From positions 1 to 30,303 of the forward strand of contig CAYVGZ010000006.1 in assembly GCA_964450845.1 (NCBI GenBank): a DNA stretch of 30,303 bases. The letters are read 5' to 3'. The position numbers were made by a program, and so were the translations under genes. The notes under the pieces were generated by a model. The model was not told the DNA's origin. It saw nothing but the letters and a program-made list of their open reading frames with translations, and did no database searches. The stretch is from an uncultured Candidatus Bathyarchaeia archaeon. Its GTDB lineage: Archaea > Thermoproteota > Bathyarchaeia > Bathyarchaeales > Bathycorpusculaceae. Below, piece by piece: positions 1-8,445 of this stretch; the first letter of the stretch is position 1, and each line of letters starts with the position of its first letter.

Positions 1-1254
1 ACATTGAACGCTTCAGGAGCAGTAGTATCTACTAGTACTGAATACGTTGAACTCGAGGTAACTGCCAAACTCGATGCTGCAATAAGTTGCAAACAATTTA
101 ACGTCACTATCAAAAATGATCAGCGATCAGCAATAAACCTTACATTAACAAAGATTTTAATTAATAGGATGCTTATTGAGGACGTTAGTCGACTTTCAGA
201 TAACCAAAATGTTACTTTTCCAATAGATGCCGTTGCAGGAAACTCGATTTCACTTCGATGTTTGTATGATTGGGAAACCTTCAAAAATCCAACGATTCGA
301 GTGGAAACATCTGAAGGATACTATGCAGAAACATCACCAAATGCAACTGCAAGCGTGCTTTTGTTGATAACTGACGTAGCGTTTAATGAAATGAATCCTA
401 ATGAAGTCAGCATAACAGTTTTAAATTCAGAATTGTCAAGCACTCCAGTTGACGTATCAGATATCGTTCTAACTTACAATAACGGCACAGAATATCACAT
501 AAATGGAAGTCTAACCAGCCCATCTCTTCCACATCCGCTTCAAACAAACAGTAATGTTACATTTAGATGCGTTTGGCCATGGAGAGATTATCGCGACAAA
601 AATGTCTCGATAACCGTATATACAAAACAAGGCTACACCCCAGTTTCAGAGACGGTGAAAACTCCTCCAGAGATTATCTTTAAAATAATGGCAAACTTCA
701 ATCTAACCGACACTGAACATTTCTTAGTAAATGTCACAAACATGCCATGCTCCCTCCAAAACATTACAATTACACAAATAAAGTTTGATACAAACCAAAC
801 AAGTTTCACTTCCCAAAATATAACTGTGGGCGAGTGGAAACAGTTTAATTGCACATTTGATTGGACAGCTTTCAGAAACGATACAATCACTGTCACAGTT
901 AATGCATCAAATAAAATCGCTTTTCAAAACGTAACATTGCCTTATACATATTTGAAAATAATCAATGCCAACTTTACAACAACTGAAAATGACAAAAATT
1001 TCAACGTAACCATTAAAAACATCGAAAACTCTTTACTAAACACAACTATAACCCGAATAGTTATACGCTTTGAAAACGAAACAGTTTTCGAAGTTACCGG
1101 TATCGAATATATGATCGAAGTCGGCAAAAATGCCACACTTACATTTTCATGGGACTGGGGTCTATATGAAAATGAAGAGATAACAATAAGTGTTTACACT
1201 TCAGAAGACCTTGAATTCGTCGACACATTTACAGTAGCAACAGTCTCTCCATAA
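1..1254 (+). CDS. Secreted or surface glycoprotein with four tandem ~95-aa beta-rich (Ig-like) repeats; 5'-partial
   Basis: Frame 1 is open from base 1, so the TTG at 4 is probably not the true start. Four repeats share F-N-V-T-x-x-N...C/F-x-x-D/P-W...I-x-V-x-T. About 23 N-x-S/T sequons by hand count. No C-terminal TM helix is visible. Confidence 0.75.
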   Translation, partial: TLNASGAVVSTSTEYVELEVTAKLDAAISCKQFNVTIKNDQRSAINLTLTKILINRMLIEDVSRLSDNQNVTFPIDAVAGNSISLRCLYDWETFKNPTIRVETSEGYYAETSPNATASVLLLITDVAFNEMNPNEVSITVLNSELSSTPVDVSDIVLTYNNGTEYHINGSLTSPSLPHPLQTNSNVTFRCVWPWRDYRDKNVSITVYTKQGYTPVSETVKTPPEIIFKIMANFNLTDTEHFLVNVTNMPCSLQNITITQIKFDTNQTSFTSQNITVGEWKQFNCTFDWTAFRNDTITVTVNASNKIAFQNVTLPYTYLKIINANFTTTENDKNFNVTIKNIENSLLNTTITRIVIRFENETVFEVTGIEYMIEVGKNATLTFSWDWGLYENEEITISVYTSEDLEFVDTFTVATVSP

Positions 1255-1255
1255 T

Positions 1256-1269
1256 CTTTATTTCTTTTT
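1256..1269 (+). terminator. T-rich archaeal terminator-like tract
   Basis: TCTTTATTTCTTTT lies just after the stop codon at 1254. Confidence 0.35.
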
Positions 1270-1307
1270 AACGCAAAAGCCTAAAAATCTCTAGAAGGTG
1301 GAGATCC

Positions 1308-2513
1308 TTGGCAAAAGTAAAAGTTACTGAAAGAGTACGCACAATAGAGTACGCTATCCGAGACGTTACTGTTCATGCAAAGCAACTTGCAAAAACAGGC
1401 AAAAAAATCTATTATCTTAATATAGGGGATCCTGTTGCGTTTGACTTTGACACTCCACAGCACATCAAGCAAGCTTTAATAAAGGCTGTTGAAGAGGGAG
1501 CAAACGCCTACTCACCCTCTGAAGGATTGCCAGAGCTTAGACAAGCCATAACCCAAAAGGAAAAGAGAGTTAATGGCGTGGATATTTCTTTTGAGGATGT
1601 TATTGTTACTTCAGGAATCTCTGAAGGCATCCAAATGGTTATGGCTGCACTTATTGACGCTGGAGACGAAATTCTTCTTCCTGGACCAACTTATCCACCT
1701 TACATTTCCTATGCCAAATTTTTCGGCGGAACCCCAGTCACATATGAAACTATTGAGAAAGAAGGCTGGCAACCGAACATTGATGATTTGAGAAAAAAAA
1801 TATCGAAGAAAACTCGTGGAATTGCAATCATCAATCCCAACAATCCTTGCGGTGCACTTTATGAGGAGAAGGTTGTGAAGCAAATATTAGACTTAGCAAG
1901 TGAACATGACCTCCCAGTTTTGTCAGACGAAATCTACGACCAAATAATATACGAGAAAAAGTTTGTCAGCACCACTCACATTGCCAAAGATGTTCCAGTA
2001 ATAGGTTTTAACGGTTTTTCAAAAGCATACTTAATGACTGGATGGAGACTTGGCTATGTGTATTTTCACGACCAAGAAGATCAGCTGCAGGAGCTAAAGC
2101 AGTGTATAGAAAAAGAAGCGAGGATTAGGCTTTGTGCAAACACTCCAGTACAGAAAGCTGGAGTTGCTGCTCTTAATGGACCACAAAACCACGTAATGGA
2201 GATGGTTGATAAACTCGGGCAGAGAAGAGACTACGCTTGGAAAAGACTGAATGAAATTGAAGGAATAAGTTGTGCAAAGCCAGAAGGAGCGTTCTATGTT
2301 TTTCCAAAAATCCACACAGTTGGGCGAAAATGGAAAACAGACAAAGAATTTGTATTGGAGCTTCTGAAGGAAACTGGAGTGCTTTTAGTGCATGGATCAG
2401 GATTTGACCCCGTCTATGGTGCTGGACATGTCCGAGGAGTTTTCCTTCCTCCGATAGAAACCCTCGAACAAGCCTTGAATGAACTTGACAGGTTCATGGA
2501 GAAAAATAAATAA
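1308..2513 (+). CDS. PLP-dependent class I/II aminotransferase, alanine aminotransferase-like
   Basis: Motifs LNIGDP, GGYSxSxG-like AYSPSEG, INPNNPCG, SDEIYD and GFSKAYLMTGWRLGY (PLP lysine). TTG start after AGGTGGAG. Confidence 0.92.
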   Translation: MAKVKVTERVRTIEYAIRDVTVHAKQLAKTGKKIYYLNIGDPVAFDFDTPQHIKQALIKAVEEGANAYSPSEGLPELRQAITQKEKRVNGVDISFEDVIVTSGISEGIQMVMAALIDAGDEILLPGPTYPPYISYAKFFGGTPVTYETIEKEGWQPNIDDLRKKISKKTRGIAIINPNNPCGALYEEKVVKQILDLASEHDLPVLSDEIYDQIIYEKKFVSTTHIAKDVPVIGFNGFSKAYLMTGWRLGYVYFHDQEDQLQELKQCIEKEARIRLCANTPVQKAGVAALNGPQNHVMEMVDKLGQRRDYAWKRLNEIEGISCAKPEGAFYVFPKIHTVGRKWKTDKEFVLELLKETGVLLVHGSGFDPVYGAGHVRGVFLPPIETLEQALNELDRFMEKNK

Positions 2514-2548
2514 ACTATAAAGCTTTGGCTCTCCTGAGCCTTATTCTA

Positions 2549-3436
2549 CTAGTAAATGGGTGTTCCTTCTTTTGGATCTCTAACCAGCTTTGAAAATGTT
2601 TCCATTAATCTTTTGGTTATTGGACCTGGAATTCCGTCGGCTATTGTTCTTTTGTTTATTTCTCTTACTGGCACGATTTCTGCGGCTGTTCCCGTGAAGA
2701 ATACTTCTTTTGCATTGAACAATTCATAGGGTGTTATGTTCTTCTCTATGACTTCGTATCCTAACTTTTGGGCAAGTTTCATTACTTCTTCAGCTGTTAT
2801 TCCGGGCAATGCGCCAGTGTAGCTTGGCGGAGTGAATAGTTTTCCGTTTTTGACTATGAATATGTTTTCGGCTACTCCTTCACACACAAAGCCGTTCTTA
2901 TCCAGACATATGGCTTCATCGACCCCACTTATGTTTGCCTCGATTTTTGCTAATATGCTGTTAAGGTAGTTAAGCGACTTTATCTCGTGCGTTGTTGCGT
3001 CCACGGGGTCTCTTTTAACCCATGAAAGCATGGCGGTAACTCCTTTTTCTTTAGCTTCGTTCCCGTGAAGCGCTATCTTGTCTGTTATGACAATTATTGT
3101 CGGTTTTGAACACCTTCTTGGGTTTAGCCCTAGGTCGCCTATGCCTCTTGTGACTACTAGGCGGATGTATGCGTCTTTTAAGTTGTTTTTCCGTAAAGTT
3201 TCAAGAACTATCTGTATCATTTCCTCTTTTTCTATTGGAATCTGCAGCATTATTGTATGAGCTGAACGATAAAGCCTTTCAATATGCTCTTTTAGCTTAA
3301 ATACCGAACCCTCGTATGCTCGAATGCCTTCAAATATGCCGTCTCCATACAGAAGCCCATGGTCATAAACTGAAATCTTTGCTTGCGATCTTGGATAATA
3401 TTCCCCATCTATGTAGACAAATAGCTCTCTTTCCAA
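2549..3436 (-). CDS. ilvE: Branched-chain amino acid aminotransferase (class IV)
   Basis: Motifs [43 protein letters not shown] and [12 protein letters not shown]. Start placed at TTG 3436, 8 nt after GGAGG; the track ORF begins at 3451. Confidence 0.93.
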   Translation of the reverse strand: MERELFVYIDGEYYPRSQAKISVYDHGLLYGDGIFEGIRAYEGSVFKLKEHIERLYRSAHTIMLQIPIEKEEMIQIVLETLRKNNLKDAYIRLVVTRGIGDLGLNPRRCSKPTIIVITDKIALHGNEAKEKGVTAMLSWVKRDPVDATTHEIKSLNYLNSILAKIEANISGVDEAICLDKNGFVCEGVAENIFIVKNGKLFTPPSYTGALPGITAEEVMKLAQKLGYEVIEKNITPYELFNAKEVFFTGTAAEIVPVREINKRTIADGIPGPITKRLMETFSKLVRDPKEGTPIY

Positions 3437-3522
3437 CAGTTCATCCTCCAAACGAGAGAGTTTAGTTTATTCAATTAAGGTTTGATATACTTTTTGCAAA
3501 AATTGGCCAATTCTCACCGTCG

Positions 3523-5385
3523 TTAACCATAGAATTGGGGCCTTTTCGAAAGATACCTTGGCAGGGGCAAGGGTTTGAAGAGCTTGCCTTTTATTATTTC
3601 TTCAATCTCACTTATTAGCTGTTCAAGTTCCATTCTACGTATTTCCCCGCTTTTTCTCTCCCTTACTGGAAGTACACCAGATTCAACCTCTTTTTGTCCA
3701 ACAACAATTATGTAAGGGACCCACTCCGTTTCAGCCTCGCGGATTCTTTTTTGTAAAGTCAACGCTCGATCGTCAATGTCTACGCGTATGCAATGCTTCT
3801 CCAGTGTTTTAGCCAGTTTTTCAACATCTTCAAGGTATTTATCTGACATTGGTGTTATGCGTACTTGTGTTGGTGAAAGCCATAAGGGAAGCATTGGTGG
3901 CTTATGACCTTGCTGTTCTTTGTAGGCTTTTTCTAACAACGCGTACACGCATCTTTCAATTGCCCCGCTTGGAGAACAGTGCAGAATCAGCGGATAGTGC
4001 TTTTCGCCTTTTTCGTCAACATAGTTTATGTCGTATCTTTTGGCGTTCTCAAAGTCTATTTGGTCTGTTGAGAGGGCTGCAGCCTTGTCTTGGTTGTCTA
4101 CGAAGTTGAAGTCCCATTTCAGTCTAAAATAGAAGAAAGGCTCGCTCCACATCTCAACTAATACTGGTTTACCAAGGGTTTTCGCTAAAGAACCAATGGA
4201 ACCTTCATTTTCTTTGTAGAAGTCTTTTGTAAATCGCACTGCTGCTTCATAATCATATTTGGATAAGCCAATTTCCTCCAAAATCTGTATGCACAATTTG
4301 AACCTTGTCATCAACTCTTTTTTAGCTTGTTCCAGATCTATACAGAACGCGTGACAATCTGGCATTGTGAAGGCTCTTAGACGTCTTAAACCAACAACTT
4401 CTCCGCTCTTTTCTCGCCTAAAACTATAGCGAGTTAGTTCGTAAACCTTCAGCGGCATGTGCTTGTAAGAGAACTGTGCATCGTGAACCATTAAAAATTG
4501 CCCGAAACACGCAGCAAACCGCAAAAAAAGCTCTTTATCCTCTGATTTTAGCAGATATTGTCTTGCGGGAAAACGGCTTAAGTAGTCAGCCAAGCTTGGA
4601 TGTTGATAATCATACATAACTGGAGTCTCAACTTCCATGGCACCGTACTCCATCATTTTAGCGGTAACAAACTGCTCAAGTAACGATTTGATTAGCCTCC
4701 CTTTAGGATACCAGCGTATGTTTCCAGGGTCGCTTCCAGGCTCATAATCGGCTATTTCCAGCCTCTTCATTAAGAGCACATGGGGCGGCATCTGCTGGCT
4801 TGCCCTCACCTTAGAGATTTCATGTTTTGTGAACTTTTCGAGGTTTTCATGTCCTTTGAAATTGAATTCTTCAACAGGCGTCATTTTCCCGTTTGGCTGA
4901 AGAATGTGCCAGAACGACTTTAGTTTTTCCTCGGCTTTTACCGCTTCAGAAACCGTTTCTTCTTCTTTTGTCTCGACTGGCAGAATTACACGAGATTGTT
5001 CTGCAAGCGGGTGCCCTTTTATTGATATGGTGAATTGTTTGTTCCAGCCAAAGGGTCCACGGTATGTTTCTATTCCTTTCTCTTTTGCATACGATTCCAT
5101 AGCCTTAACTACTTTTAATGCTTCAGTTGGCTTTGCTAGGTTACTGCTTAGGTGCGCGTAAGGATAGATTAAAATTCGATTCACCTTCAGCTTTTCGACG
5201 AAGGCTCGAACCTCGTCTATGGCTTTTTTGGCTACTGTTACGTCGTCGCCTTCCTCTATTGCCGTGAACAAAACGATGATTTCTTCTAGGCGCACTGTTT
5301 TCTTTTCGGCTTCTTCAGCCATGGCTATTTCTTTCTGGATTGGTTTATACTCGATGAAGTTTGAGTGCAACTGTAATATTCGCAT
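3523..5385 (-). CDS. thrS: Threonine--tRNA ligase, archaeal type with N-terminal editing domain
   Basis: N-terminal MRILQLH...YPYAHLSS...PFGWNKQFTISIKGHPLAEQSR editing domain. Class II core motifs LRFAACFGQF, FRREKSGE, MPDCH and HCSPSGAIER. C-terminal anticodon-binding domain. Confidence 0.97.
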   Translation of the reverse strand: MRILQLHSNFIEYKPIQKEIAMAEEAEKKTVRLEEIIVLFTAIEEGDDVTVAKKAIDEVRAFVEKLKVNRILIYPYAHLSSNLAKPTEALKVVKAMESYAKEKGIETYRGPFGWNKQFTISIKGHPLAEQSRVILPVETKEEETVSEAVKAEEKLKSFWHILQPNGKMTPVEEFNFKGHENLEKFTKHEISKVRASQQMPPHVLLMKRLEIADYEPGSDPGNIRWYPKGRLIKSLLEQFVTAKMMEYGAMEVETPVMYDYQHPSLADYLSRFPARQYLLKSEDKELFLRFAACFGQFLMVHDAQFSYKHMPLKVYELTRYSFRREKSGEVVGLRRLRAFTMPDCHAFCIDLEQAKKELMTRFKLCIQILEEIGLSKYDYEAAVRFTKDFYKENEGSIGSLAKTLGKPVLVEMWSEPFFYFRLKWDFNFVDNQDKAAALSTDQIDFENAKRYDINYVDEKGEKHYPLILHCSPSGAIERCVYALLEKAYKEQQGHKPPMLPLWLSPTQVRITPMSDKYLEDVEKLAKTLEKHCIRVDIDDRALTLQKRIREAETEWVPYIIVVGQKEVESGVLPVRERKSGEIRRMELEQLISEIEEIIKGKLFKPLPLPRYLSKRPQFYG

Positions 5386-5401
5386 GAAAATCGTCTCTCA
5401 T

Positions 5402-5611
5402 TTAGCCTTTATATCGCCACTGTTCAAGTTGCTTGTCTTTCTTTGTTTTCTTCTTATATTCTTTATAATGTTCCTTACATAGATAGGCACGCCTTTCACT
5501 GCTGCCAACATTTAAGCCAGCAGACCTGACCTTTTCTGCAGAAAGCGAACGGATAGCTTCTCTACTGCAGCCAGATACGCTGCATTTGACACCTTTATCA
5601 ACACGTCCCAA
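5402..5611 (-). CDS. Small basic putative Zn-binding protein (C-x4-C...C-x2-H), 69 aa
   Basis: TTG-GRVDKGVKCSVSGC...YLCKEHYKEYKKKTKK. Fills the gap between pfkB and thrS. Start placed at TTG 5611; the track ORF begins at 5641. Confidence 0.75.
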   Translation of the reverse strand: MGRVDKGVKCSVSGCSREAIRSLSAEKVRSAGLNVGSSERRAYLCKEHYKEYKKKTKKDKQLEQWRYKG

Positions 5612-5640
5612 AGTTAACGCCTCTCTTAATAAACTGTGCA

Positions 5641-6555
5641 TTATTCCTTAATTTCCTTTTTATAAAGTAAACGGGCTCTACGATAAATCTCCTCCTTGTC
5701 ACCGAAAAACGTCGGACCAATGCCTTCAACAACAAGTGAAGCGGCTGCAGAGCCCACATATGAACACCATGAACAGTCTTCACCATTAACATATTCAGCT
5801 AAGAAGCTTCCGATGAAAGCGTCTCCAGCTCCGGTTGGGTCGATAATTTTCTCGGGCTTGTAAGCTGGAACGCTATGGATTGTGTCTTCGACAGAAATTG
5901 CAGCGCCATTCGCTTTTAAAGTAACGATGACTATTTTAACGCCATGCTCGTGAATCGCTTTTATAGCTGAATCAACGTCAGATAAACCTGTTATAGCTTG
6001 AATTTCTTTTAATGATGATTTGTAAATATCAACAAGTCCCAATATGCGCTTGTCTGTGAACCCTCCAGTAGTAACATTCCCATTTTCGTCAAAAATTCGC
6101 ACTAGTCCTTGTGGGTCAAGAGACAAAATATCAGCACAACTTCTCAGCTTCTCGGCTATTTCATAAGTGATCTCGCCAGCTATGGGTGCTATGTGAATAG
6201 CTTTGGCTTTCAGAGAATTAGGCAAATCTTGGACACTAATAGGAGGCGCTCTGTTCTTTAACTGCAAAATGCGATCAGACAAGTCGCCACTGTATTTTAG
6301 CTCAAAACGCGTAGTTTGGGCATTTGCGGCTTTGGATACTCCAGACAAATCGACGCCCTCTTGCCCGAGCCACCATAAGTAAGCGGTTGGAAAATCATTG
6401 CCAACATTGGAGACAACCGCAACTCTAGCATTTAAACGTCTGGCAGCAAAAGAAACATAAGCTACAGAACCACCCAAAACAACAAAGGGCGTAGTCCTTT
6501 CTGGCAAAAAAATGGAATCCAAACTGAAGTGCCCCACGGAAACTATGTCAAACAC
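5641..6555 (-). CDS. PfkB-family carbohydrate or nucleoside kinase
   Basis: N-terminal GGSVAY motif and C-terminal PfkB signature DPTGAGDAFIGSF. GTG start. Confidence 0.92.
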   Translation of the reverse strand: MFDIVSVGHFSLDSIFLPERTTPFVVLGGSVAYVSFAARRLNARVAVVSNVGNDFPTAYLWWLGQEGVDLSGVSKAANAQTTRFELKYSGDLSDRILQLKNRAPPISVQDLPNSLKAKAIHIAPIAGEITYEIAEKLRSCADILSLDPQGLVRIFDENGNVTTGGFTDKRILGLVDIYKSSLKEIQAITGLSDVDSAIKAIHEHGVKIVIVTLKANGAAISVEDTIHSVPAYKPEKIIDPTGAGDAFIGSFLAEYVNGEDCSWCSYVGSAAASLVVEGIGPTFFGDKEEIYRRARLLYKKEIKE

Positions 6556-6700
6556 TTGTGAGCTTAACCCCCATCAGAAATATTATGTGTGACGGAACTT
6601 AAAAGCAGCGGAGCATTATATGTCTAACTGATGTTAGGTTACTGCTAATTTGTTTGTCATGGGATGGAAGTTGGGTTTTCTCTTTTTGCTGTTCTGTGTT

Positions 6701-6755
6701 GCGTGCAACAGCGCTAAGCACCTCCATTTGGAGCCAAATATGTTTTGTAAATTAG
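6701..6755. repeat. 55-bp dispersed intergenic repeat, copy 1
   Basis: GCGTGCAACAGCGCTAAGCACCTCCATTTGGAGCCAAATATGTTTTGTAAATTAG matches 21466-21520 at 49/55 positions without gaps, in the same orientation. Confidence 0.85.
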
Positions 6756-6961
6756 GAGGGTTTTTTGTTTGTTGATGTGGAATGGCGGGATTTTGCATCC
6801 TCAGGATAAAGTTTTTGAAATTGAAGATTTTCACGTAAAAAAATCGACTGGAACAAGGAGGCTTTAGTCGTACTGAAGGCAAAGCTATTAGAGTGGCTGA
6901 AAAATGTTCAAACCGAAGTCCTATGTTGCCCATACGCCATAAAAAGACTAATGAAGACGTA

Positions 6962-7312
6962 TTAAATCTTTGACTGAAGTAAGAGAATTGCCTTAGCCAA
7001 GTCTCCCCCACTTTCTTCTAGTGCTTTTCTTGCTTCTTCAATGCTTTTGCCTGTTTGGTCTGCTACAAGCCTCACGTCTTCTTCTGGAAACGTTGGTTTG
7101 CGTTCCGTGACCTTTTCGCTGATTTTTCCGCCAGTCACCTGAAAGATTTTTTGTCCCTGCATTTCGAGTATCGCCACCTCTGGCTCTTCAATGATTATTT
7201 CTTTACTGCTTGTTTTGATGACAACTTGCTCTACATTTGGGACTGCGTCCATGCTCAATCCCATGCGTTGCATCATTCGTTTTGTCTCACGGGGACTTAC
7301 GCGTCTATGCAT
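6962..7312 (-). CDS. nac: Nascent polypeptide-associated complex protein (archaeal NAC)
   Basis: MMQRMGLSM..V..VEQVVIKT NAC domain, plus C-terminal UBA-like EEDVRLVADQTG...ALEESGGDLAKAIL. Confidence 0.95.
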   Translation of the reverse strand: MHRRVSPRETKRMMQRMGLSMDAVPNVEQVVIKTSSKEIIIEEPEVAILEMQGQKIFQVTGGKISEKVTERKPTFPEEDVRLVADQTGKSIEEARKALEESGGDLAKAILLLQSKI

Positions 7313-7356
7313 AAAGTTCGCCTTCCACCAAATACTTCTATTTAAAACTCAAATAC

Positions 7357-7851
7357 TTAACTTTCTTCCTTGCAACCACGTCTAACCTTAACAGCAACAC
7401 CAGTTTTGAAGGATTTTATCTCTTCGCTTGATAAGACAGCCCGCCCAACCGCCAAAACTTTGCCACTTTCGTCAACAACGATAACCTCGTTTTTTGGGCG
7501 AATTTCATCATCAGCCTTAACGATATGTGCCGCGAAGGCATCGCCACCTTCAGCAATAAACTCTGAAACATCATTTTGAACGGTGACAAAACATTTCGCA
7601 GACCCAGCATTTTCAGCAATTCTCTTTGCACCCTTAATGCTTAGAGAGAATAAACCATCTATTGGGCGGAGAGTTGTTAGCCTTTTACCATTCAAGTAAA
7701 TGTAGCGGATTCTACCAGTTCTTTTGGAATAAATTATTTCCACATTTTCTGGAAAAAGCCCGATGCCTACTCCTTTTCCGAACTGATAGTCTGCCACGCT
7801 TCTAATCCGTCTAAGGGCATCTTCCAAGCCAACACATCCATTAATCAGCAC
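7357..7851 (-). CDS. Stand-alone PUA-domain RNA-binding protein, similar to the C-terminal domains of archaeosine tRNA-guanine transglycosylase
   Basis: Motifs IADYQFG-like VADYQFGKG, SKRTGRIRYI, FAAHIVKADDEIRPKNEVIVVDE, LAVGRAVLS and GVAVKVRRG. The real start may be the internal TTG (MEDALRR). Confidence 0.88.
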   Translation of the reverse strand: MLINGCVGLEDALRRIRSVADYQFGKGVGIGLFPENVEIIYSKRTGRIRYIYLNGKRLTTLRPIDGLFSLSIKGAKRIAENAGSAKCFVTVQNDVSEFIAEGGDAFAAHIVKADDEIRPKNEVIVVDESGKVLAVGRAVLSSEEIKSFKTGVAVKVRRGCKEES

Positions 7852-7902
7852 AATTGCAATTCGACAACTATAAACACAACCAAACTAATAAAAACAGTTT
7901 AG

Positions 7903-8445
7903 GTGCAAAGGCAATTGCGCTGCGAAGTCTGTGGACGCAAAATCTACGGTAGCCCCCACAAAGTTATGATTGAAGGAGCAAAGCTGACAGTATGCAACGA
8001 ATGCTCAAAACATGGAACAATTGTTTTGGAAGAACCCCTGCGCAAAACCATCACGTTAAAACCAAAATCAACGCCTCAACCCTTGAAAGCGCAAAGCAAA
8101 AAACCGCCCGAAACAACAATAGACGCATCTCTAGAACTCATAGAAAACTTTGACCAGAAAATAAGACAAGCAAGAGGAAAACTAGGGCTTTCGCACGAAG
8201 AACTGGGCAAAAAAATAAGCGAAAAAGTATCACTCCTCAAAAAAATTGAAACACGAAAAATGATCCCCAACAACAAACTCGCAACGAAATTGGAGTACGC
8301 TCTAAAAATTAAGCTACTGGTCCCACCTACGAAGGAAAAAATTCAGCAAACAAAAATTCCTAAATCAACCAGCCACGAACTCACCTTAGGAGATTTGATT
8401 CAACTAAACAAGAAGGAGGAGCCAGCCGAACGAAAGCCATCATAG
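7903..8445 (+). CDS. mbf1: Archaeal multiprotein bridging factor 1 (Zn ribbon + HTH)
   Basis: N-terminal CEVCG...IEGAKLTVCNECSKHG, HTH region IRQARGKLGLSHEELG...LLKKIE, and terminal LTLGDL. Confidence 0.92.
   Translation: MQRQLRCEVCGRKIYGSPHKVMIEGAKLTVCNECSKHGTIVLEEPLRKTITLKPKSTPQPLKAQSKKPPETTIDASLELIENFDQKIRQARGKLGLSHEELGKKISEKVSLLKKIETRKMIPNNKLATKLEYALKIKLLVPPTKEKIQQTKIPKSTSHELTLGDLIQLNKKEEPAERKPS

Noticed and set aside
1308-3451. Two convergent aminotransferases as a dedicated pathway
   Set aside because: Both are ordinary housekeeping-type enzymes on opposite strands, and nothing in the sequence links them functionally.
6634-7011. 125-aa minus-strand ORF spanning the repeat
   Set aside because: It overlaps the nac 3' end in another frame and has no recognisable motif. 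The equivalent frame in repeat copy 2 contains a stop.
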